From positions 64,001 to 128,000 of the forward strand of contig CAVYSW010000005.1 in assembly GCA_963771275.1 (NCBI GenBank): a stretch of DNA of 64,000 bases, written 5' to 3'. The stretch is from an uncultured Gemmatimonadales bacterium (GTDB lineage Bacteria; Gemmatimonadota; Gemmatimonadetes; Gemmatimonadales; GWC2-71-9). The notes beneath the pieces were generated by a model. That model searched no databases and was not told the origin of the DNA. It saw only the letters and a program-made list of their open reading frames with translations. The translations under genes were made by a program, and so were the position numbers. Positions 58,634 through 64,000 of this stretch are shown one piece after another. Within the stretch, counting starts at the first letter, position 1. Each line of letters starts with the position of its first letter.

Positions 58634-59347
58634 ATGATGCTGTGCAAGGCCGCGTTCGTGGGGTTGGGCGCCATCGCGTGCGGCCTCGCCTGCGGAGCCG
58701 CGCACGCGCAGGACCCACTCTGCTGGCGCGCGCGGCCCATGCCGGCGTGCACATCCTACCTCGTCACGGATCTCACCGTCGCGGCCCGTCTCGATCCGGC
58801 CCCGGGGGACGAGCGTCGCTACCTCATCACGGCCGAGCTCGGTTGGATGCGAAACGTCGGGTCCCGCAACGGCGTGGGGGCGACACTCAGCATCGTCGCC
58901 CACGGCGCGCGCGATCAGTATGCCTCGATCGAGAACCTGTACCCCTACCTTGGCACCGCCGTCATGGTTCGCTACCGGCGCTGGCTGTCGCCGCGCGCCG
59001 GGATCGAGCTGGGTCTCGGCACGCCGTTCTCGGCCGAGCGCGCGCTGGGCACGGTGCAGCTCCCGTCGCTGCTCGGGGAGGTGAGCTTCACCTACGCCGG
59101 GCTGGTTGCGCTCACGGCGCGCGTCGAGCGCACCAGCTACGAGCAGCGCCACGTTGGGCCCACCGGGACGCCCGGCGTGGGGTTCACCTACCCGCTGGGG
59201 AGCCTGCCGGCCTCCTTCCAGGTGAGCAGCCCTGACGTCGACACGGCGTGGTACTTCGGCGCGAAGGTGAGTGCGCTCCCGGGCGCCCTGGGCATCGTGG
59301 CGGCGGGCCTGCTCGTCGCCGTGAGTCGGATCGCCTACTCGAGCTGA
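58634..59347 (+). CDS. Secreted hypothetical protein, beta-strand rich
   Basis: Signal peptide ending AHAQ, amphipathic strands, hydrophobic C-terminus; GAGG RBS. Confidence 0.65.
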   Translation: MMLCKAAFVGLGAIACGLACGAAHAQDPLCWRARPMPACTSYLVTDLTVAARLDPAPGDERRYLITAELGWMRNVGSRNGVGATLSIVAHGARDQYASIENLYPYLGTAVMVRYRRWLSPRAGIELGLGTPFSAERALGTVQLPSLLGEVSFTYAGLVALTARVERTSYEQRHVGPTGTPGVGFTYPLGSLPASFQVSSPDVDTAWYFGAKVSALPGALGIVAAGLLVAVSRIAYSS

Positions 59348-59353
59348 CAGCGA

Positions 59354-60400
59354 ATGCCGCGCCGACCCTCCCACGTCCCCGCCGTGTCGCGCAGCCTCGC
59401 GCCGCATGCGCTGCTCGTCGCGCTGCTCGCGCTCTCCTGCCTGGACGTTGGCTCTCCCGTGCCGCCCGGGTACGAAGCGGTTGACGTGGGCCGGCTGCTG
59501 GGCTGCGGCGACAAGCGCACTTGCTGGAGTCGGGCGACTGACGTCAACGAGCGCGGTGTGGTGGTGGGCGACGGACTCCAGGCATCGGGGGAGCTGGCGG
59601 TGTATGCCGTCGAAGGCGAGCAGCGCACGGTGCTCTGGACCCGCCGGTACGGAGGTACCGACTACCCGCTCGCCCTGAACGACGCGGGAACGGTCGTGGG
59701 CATGGCGCTGCGCGACGAGCCGCCGGTCGTGCCGTACGACATCGGGGTGCGCTGGGAGAACGGCGTCGTCACCCCGCTCGGGGTCTGGCCGTCGGACGTG
59801 AACGGCGCGGGCGCCGTCGCCGGAACCGAGGGCTACCGGGGGGCGGCCTTATGGCAGGGGGACACGCTTGTCCGACTCGGCACGCTGGCCGATCCGGACT
59901 CCGAGCCGCGGCAGCGCGTGAGCGGCGCGCTGGGGATCAATGACGGGGGCGTGGTGGTGGGGTGGAGCGAGACCGCGGACTTCACTACCCGGGCGTTCGT
60001 CTGGCAAAGCGGCGTGATGACTGAGCTTCCCACCCTGGGCGGCAGCGCGTTCGCGGCCGACGTCAACGCCGCCGGACAGATCGTGGGATGGAGCGTCGCG
60101 CCCGACGGGAGGTCCCACGCCGTCCTCTGGGAGGGCGGCGCGATCACGGATCTCGGCACACTTGGCGGCGACGAGAGCTACGCGAACGGCATCAACGACC
60201 GTGGCGACGTCGTGGGTGGGGCGCAGACCGCGGCGGGTGACTTCCACGCCGCGCTCTGGCGCGGTGGCGAGGTGATCGATCTCGGCACGCTGCCCGGGTA
60301 CGCCGCGAGCCACGCCTACCGGATCAACGAGTCGGGTGTCATTGTGGGCTACAGCGCGTTCCCCACGGCGCTGCGGGCGACGGTGTGGGTGCCGCGATGA
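59354..60400 (+). CDS. HAF-type extracellular repeat lipoprotein
   Basis: LSC lipobox; repeats A.GIND.G.VVG..HA.LW..G.ITDLGTLGG. Confidence 0.85.
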   Translation: MPRRPSHVPAVSRSLAPHALLVALLALSCLDVGSPVPPGYEAVDVGRLLGCGDKRTCWSRATDVNERGVVVGDGLQASGELAVYAVEGEQRTVLWTRRYGGTDYPLALNDAGTVVGMALRDEPPVVPYDIGVRWENGVVTPLGVWPSDVNGAGAVAGTEGYRGAALWQGDTLVRLGTLADPDSEPRQRVSGALGINDGGVVVGWSETADFTTRAFVWQSGVMTELPTLGGSAFAADVNAAGQIVGWSVAPDGRSHAVLWEGGAITDLGTLGGDESYANGINDRGDVVGGAQTAAGDFHAALWRGGEVIDLGTLPGYAASHAYRINESGVIVGYSAFPTALRATVWVPR

Positions 60401-61832
60401 GCTCCGGAGCGACCCCGCCCGGAGCCGTTCGTCCCTCCGAGCCGTTCCAGCAGAAGGTGCAGAGCTTCTCGCGCGGGAGCCCGATGGCCGCGACGAGGTC
60501 GTCCAGCCGCTGGTAGCGCAGCGACGTGAGGCCCAGTCGCTGGCGGATGCGCTCGACCATCGCGCCGTGGCGGGTGGAATCCGGATCCGCAAACTCGGCG
60601 AGGTGGGTGGTCTCGTCACCCTCCAGCTCGTGCACGGCCCTCCGGCCGGCGAGATCCAGCTCCGAGCTGGACCGCGAGAAGTTGAGGAACTTGCAGCCGA
60701 ACACCAGCGGCGGGCACGCCGGGCGCATGTGCACTTCGCGCGCTCCGTAGTCGAAGACGCGCGTGATGATATCCTTGAGCTGGGTCCCCCGCACGATCGA
60801 GTCCTCGCAGAACAGCAGGCGCTTTCCCTCGATGATCTCGCGGATCGGGATCAGCTTCATGCGTGCCACGAGGTCCCTGACCCGCTGGTCCTGCGGCATG
60901 AAGCTCCGGGGCCACGTGGGCGTGTACTTGACGAACGGGCGGCCGTACGGAATGCCGGCGGCGTTGGAATAGCCGATGGCGTGGCCGGTGCCCGAGTCGG
61001 GGATGCCGGCCACCATGTCCACCGTGACGTCGTCGCGTCGCGCCAGGCACTCGCCGCAACGGTACCGCGCGGCCTCCACGTTGATTCCCTCGTAACTCGA
61101 CGCGGGGTAGCCGTAATAGACCCAGAGAAAGGCGCAGATCTGCGTGCGGTCGCCCGGTGCCGCGACCGCCTCGATGCCGTCGTGCCTGATCCGGACCACC
61201 TCGCCGGGACCGAGATCCCGCACGGTCTGATACCCGAGGTTGGGCAGGGCGCAGGACTCCAGCGCCACCGCCCGCGCCCCGTCCTTCTCCCCGATCACCA
61301 CCGGCGTGCGGCCCAGACGATCGCGCGCCGCGTAGATCCCTCCCTCGCTGAGCAGCAGCAGCGAGCACGACCCCTCGATCCGCTCCTGGGCGTAGCGGAT
61401 GCCCTCCTCGAACGTCCGTCCCTGATCGATCAAGTGGGCGACGAGCTGGGTGGGATTCACCTGACTCCCGGTCATCTCGGAGAAGTGCATCCCCCGCTCG
61501 TGGAGGGCCGCGGCGGCGAGGGCCTCGAGGTTGTGCACCCTGCCCACCGTGACGATTGCGTAGGTGCCGTGGTGCGAGCTGATGATGAGCGGCTGGTCGT
61601 CGTAATCGCTGATGACGCCGATCCCCATGCCGCCCTGCAGCTTCGGCAGGTCGTCCTCGAACTTGCTGCGGAACTGGGCGTTGGTGATGTCGTGAATGAC
61701 GCGGCGGAATCCCGCCCCGTTCCGCACCGCCATGCCGCCCCGCATGGTGCCGAGATGCGAGTGATAGTCCGTGCCGTAGAACAGGTCCGCGACGCAGTCG
61801 TCGTGCGCCACGACGCCGAACAGTCCGCCCAC
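60339..61832 (-). CDS. purF: Amidophosphoribosyltransferase-like protein lacking the N-terminal catalytic Cys
   Basis: MGGLFGV.., ARDRLGRTP, CAFLWVYYG, GIPDSG, EDSIVRGT, EVHMRPACPP, CTFCWNG. Confidence 0.85.
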   Translation of the reverse strand: MGGLFGVVAHDDCVADLFYGTDYHSHLGTMRGGMAVRNGAGFRRVIHDITNAQFRSKFEDDLPKLQGGMGIGVISDYDDQPLIISSHHGTYAIVTVGRVHNLEALAAAALHERGMHFSEMTGSQVNPTQLVAHLIDQGRTFEEGIRYAQERIEGSCSLLLLSEGGIYAARDRLGRTPVVIGEKDGARAVALESCALPNLGYQTVRDLGPGEVVRIRHDGIEAVAAPGDRTQICAFLWVYYGYPASSYEGINVEAARYRCGECLARRDDVTVDMVAGIPDSGTGHAIGYSNAAGIPYGRPFVKYTPTWPRSFMPQDQRVRDLVARMKLIPIREIIEGKRLLFCEDSIVRGTQLKDIITRVFDYGAREVHMRPACPPLVFGCKFLNFSRSSSELDLAGRRAVHELEGDETTHLAEFADPDSTRHGAMVERIRQRLGLTSLRYQRLDDLVAAIGLPREKLCTFCWNGSEGRTAPGGVAPELIAAPTPSPAAPWGTRCSPQ

Positions 61833-62042
61833 GAGCGCCCCCGAGATTGCCGCCGAGTGTGAGAGGAGAGCGATGACGATGCGCCCGGAAGCTACCCGGG
61901 CGGCACCACGGCGTCCACGAGTCCCCGTCTCTGGCGTAACGCCGTGCCGCGCTCTAGTTTCGCCCGGCCGGTCGCAGTCGGCGATCGGCTGACCACTTGG
62001 AGCTGCAGGTCGGCAAGGATCGCACGCCCGGAGGCGTCACCC

Positions 62043-64000
62043 ATGACACGCGTCGTCGTCCGCCGAGCCGTATGGCTCATGCTCGCAGTCGTCCTCGTAG
62101 CCGGAAGCGCGCCGGTCCGCGCGCAGGTTCAGGCTCCGGTTGGGATCAGCGCGGTCACGCAGGCGAACTACCGGCTCGCCGGCCGGTGGGCCCCGTACAA
62201 GAGCCGCCGGCTGGTCTACAGCTTGTCGGTTGCCCCACGCTGGATCGCGGGGAGCGAGAAATTCTGGTACCAGTGGGAGACTGCGGCGGGGACGTCCTAC
62301 TACGTCGTCGATCCGGCGGCGGGCACCAAGCGGCCGATCTTCGATAACGACCGCATCGCGGCGGAGTTGACGCGCATCACGAAGGACCCCTGGGACGGCC
62401 AGCATCTCCCCATCCGGTCCATCAAGTTCATCGACGCCAACACGCTGCAGTTCGAGGTGCAGTCGTCGCAGGATGAGGAGGTCAAGGACGCGGAGGCGGA
62501 GCGCGGCCAGCAGCAGGACCAGCAGCGCGGCCAGCGCCCGGCGCGCCCGCGCCCCAAGAAGAAGGTCTTCCATTTCCAGTACGACGTCCGCACGCAGACG
62601 CTGCGCGAGCTGCCCGACTGGCAGGCGCCCGACAACCACCCGTCCTGGGCGAGCGTCTCACCCGACGGCAAGACGGTGGTGTTCGCCCGGCGGAACAATC
62701 TCTACCTGATGACCGGTGACGCCTACACGAAGGTCCTCGACGCGCGGCGCGGCAAGGACAGCACGCAGGCCGACAGTGCGGAGAAGAAGGTCGAGGTGGA
62801 GGAGGTCCAGCTCACCACCGACGGCGAGGAGAACTACGGCTACGGCGGTCGCGACTTCGGCGAGACGGACGTCCAGAAGGAGAAGACCAAGGACGACCGC
62901 AAGGGAGCGCAGATCAGCTGGTCCAAGGACTCGAAGCGCTTCGCGCTGATCCGGAGCGACCAGCGCAAGGTCGGCGACCTGTGGGTGATCCACTCGACCG
63001 GCAACAAGCGCCCCGAGCTCGAGACCTACAAGTACGACATGCCGGGCGAGACGGACGTCGCGCAGCAGGACCTGCTGGTGTTCGACGTCCCGAGCAAGAC
63101 CATGGTGAAGGTCAAGGCCGACCGATTCAAGGACCAGCGCCTCGGGGGCTTCACGGCGCGCCAGTTCATCTACCCCGACAGCGACGCGCCGCGGCGCGCA
63201 CTCTGGCTCGCGGACAACTCGGACCAGGTGCATTTCTGGCGGCGCAGCCGCGACCAGCACGCGGTGGACGTCTGTGTGGCGGACGCCGGGACGGGCGAGG
63301 TGAAGGTGCTGATCGAGGAGCGGCTCAACACCTACGTCGAGCACCAGAACCTCGAGCTGCTCAAGTCCGGCGACATGCTGTGGTGGTCGGAGCGGGACGG
63401 CTGGGCGCACCTCTACCGGTTCGGGCCCGACGGGGCCCTCAAGAACCGCCTCACCGAGGGCCCGTTCTCGGTGCGCGAGATCGAAGGGATCGACGAAGCC
63501 CGCGGGGTGGTGTACTTCAGCGCCAACGCGCGCGAGGCGGGCGAGGATCCGTACTATCAACACCTGTACCGGGTGGGCCTCGACGGCCGCGGGCTGCAGC
63601 TGCTCGACCCCGGCAACTTCGACCACCAGGTCGGGGGCGGGTTCGGCGGGTTCGGCTTCGGCGGGCTGTCCGGGATGAGCGAGTCCAACCGCTTCTTCGT
63701 GGACAACTATTCCCGCGTGAACACCGTCCCGGCCTCGGCCCTGTTCGACGCCACGACGGGCCGGAAGATCATGGACCTCGCCGAGGCCGACTTCTCCAAG
63801 CTGCTCGCGGCCGGCTGGCGGTTTCCCGAGCCGTACACGGTGAAGGCGGCCGACGGCGTCACAGACCTCTTCGGGGTGATGTACAAGCCGTTCGACTTCG
63901 ACTCGACGAAGCGCTATCCGATCATCGCGTACGTCTACCCCGGTCCCCAGACGGAATCGGTCGCCAAGGCGTTCAACATGGCCCCCAACGAGGTGGGCCT
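62043..64000 (+). CDS. S9B dipeptidyl-peptidase IV-like protein, N-terminal part; runs off the window end
   Basis: ATG 62043 with signal peptide (MTRVVVRRAVWLMLAVVLVAG..VRAQ), SPDGK, WSKDSKRF, YKYDMPGE, SERDGWAHLY, KAADGVTDLFG, YPIIAYVYPGPQ; absent from the ORF track because no stop falls in the window. Confidence 0.9.
   Translation, partial: MTRVVVRRAVWLMLAVVLVAGSAPVRAQVQAPVGISAVTQANYRLAGRWAPYKSRRLVYSLSVAPRWIAGSEKFWYQWETAAGTSYYVVDPAAGTKRPIFDNDRIAAELTRITKDPWDGQHLPIRSIKFIDANTLQFEVQSSQDEEVKDAEAERGQQQDQQRGQRPARPRPKKKVFHFQYDVRTQTLRELPDWQAPDNHPSWASVSPDGKTVVFARRNNLYLMTGDAYTKVLDARRGKDSTQADSAEKKVEVEEVQLTTDGEENYGYGGRDFGETDVQKEKTKDDRKGAQISWSKDSKRFALIRSDQRKVGDLWVIHSTGNKRPELETYKYDMPGETDVAQQDLLVFDVPSKTMVKVKADRFKDQRLGGFTARQFIYPDSDAPRRALWLADNSDQVHFWRRSRDQHAVDVCVADAGTGEVKVLIEERLNTYVEHQNLELLKSGDMLWWSERDGWAHLYRFGPDGALKNRLTEGPFSVREIEGIDEARGVVYFSANAREAGEDPYYQHLYRVGLDGRGLQLLDPGNFDHQVGGGFGGFGFGGLSGMSESNRFFVDNYSRVNTVPASALFDATTGRKIMDLAEADFSKLLAAGWRFPEPYTVKAADGVTDLFGVMYKPFDFDSTKRYPIIAYVYPGPQTESVAKAFNMAPNEVG

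Noticed and set aside
61833..62042. ZMP/ZTP or purine riboswitch upstream of purF
   Set aside because: I could not find the conserved aptamer elements by eye; only a weak TGGACG-N17-TAGCTT promoter candidate. An Infernal scan would settle it.

Overview
Very GC-rich bacterial chromosomal window, about 55 genes. The gene mix (many secreted S9/S10/S41 peptidases, a VPS10/BNR glycosidase-like protein, an amidohydrolase, DinB, Tat-exported molybdoenzymes) looks Gemmatimonadota-like, which is an inference only. I saw no rRNA, tRNA, CRISPR array or intact mobile element. The standout is a translationally coupled minus-strand cassette at 5822-9713. It encodes (1) a 533-aa protein with a signal peptide, one TM helix and a predicted cytoplasmic tail ACHD-(ACHS)6-ACVS-GGSH, (2) a radical SAM/SPASM enzyme with a probable RRE/PqqD-like N-terminal domain, and (3) an uncharacterised membrane protein. 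This is a candidate RiPP-type modification system whose substrate is a large membrane-anchored protein rather than a short peptide. Regulatory signals visible in the DNA: a promoter-hairpin-terminator unit (candidate ~80-nt sRNA or attenuator) divergent from a csp gene; a perfect 20-bp palindrome before a DUF134-NifX-CGGC operon; twin enhancer palindromes plus a sigma54 promoter next to an NtrC-type two-component system; and a near-consensus CRP/FNR box. Atypical enzymes: an ammonia-lyase with Ala-Cys-Gly at the MIO site and a PurF lacking the catalytic N-terminal Cys. Lesions: a frameshift in amgK-rapZ, an in-frame TAG in an M15 peptidase, and an internally deleted vapC. All family calls come from motif recognition by eye; no database searches were run.
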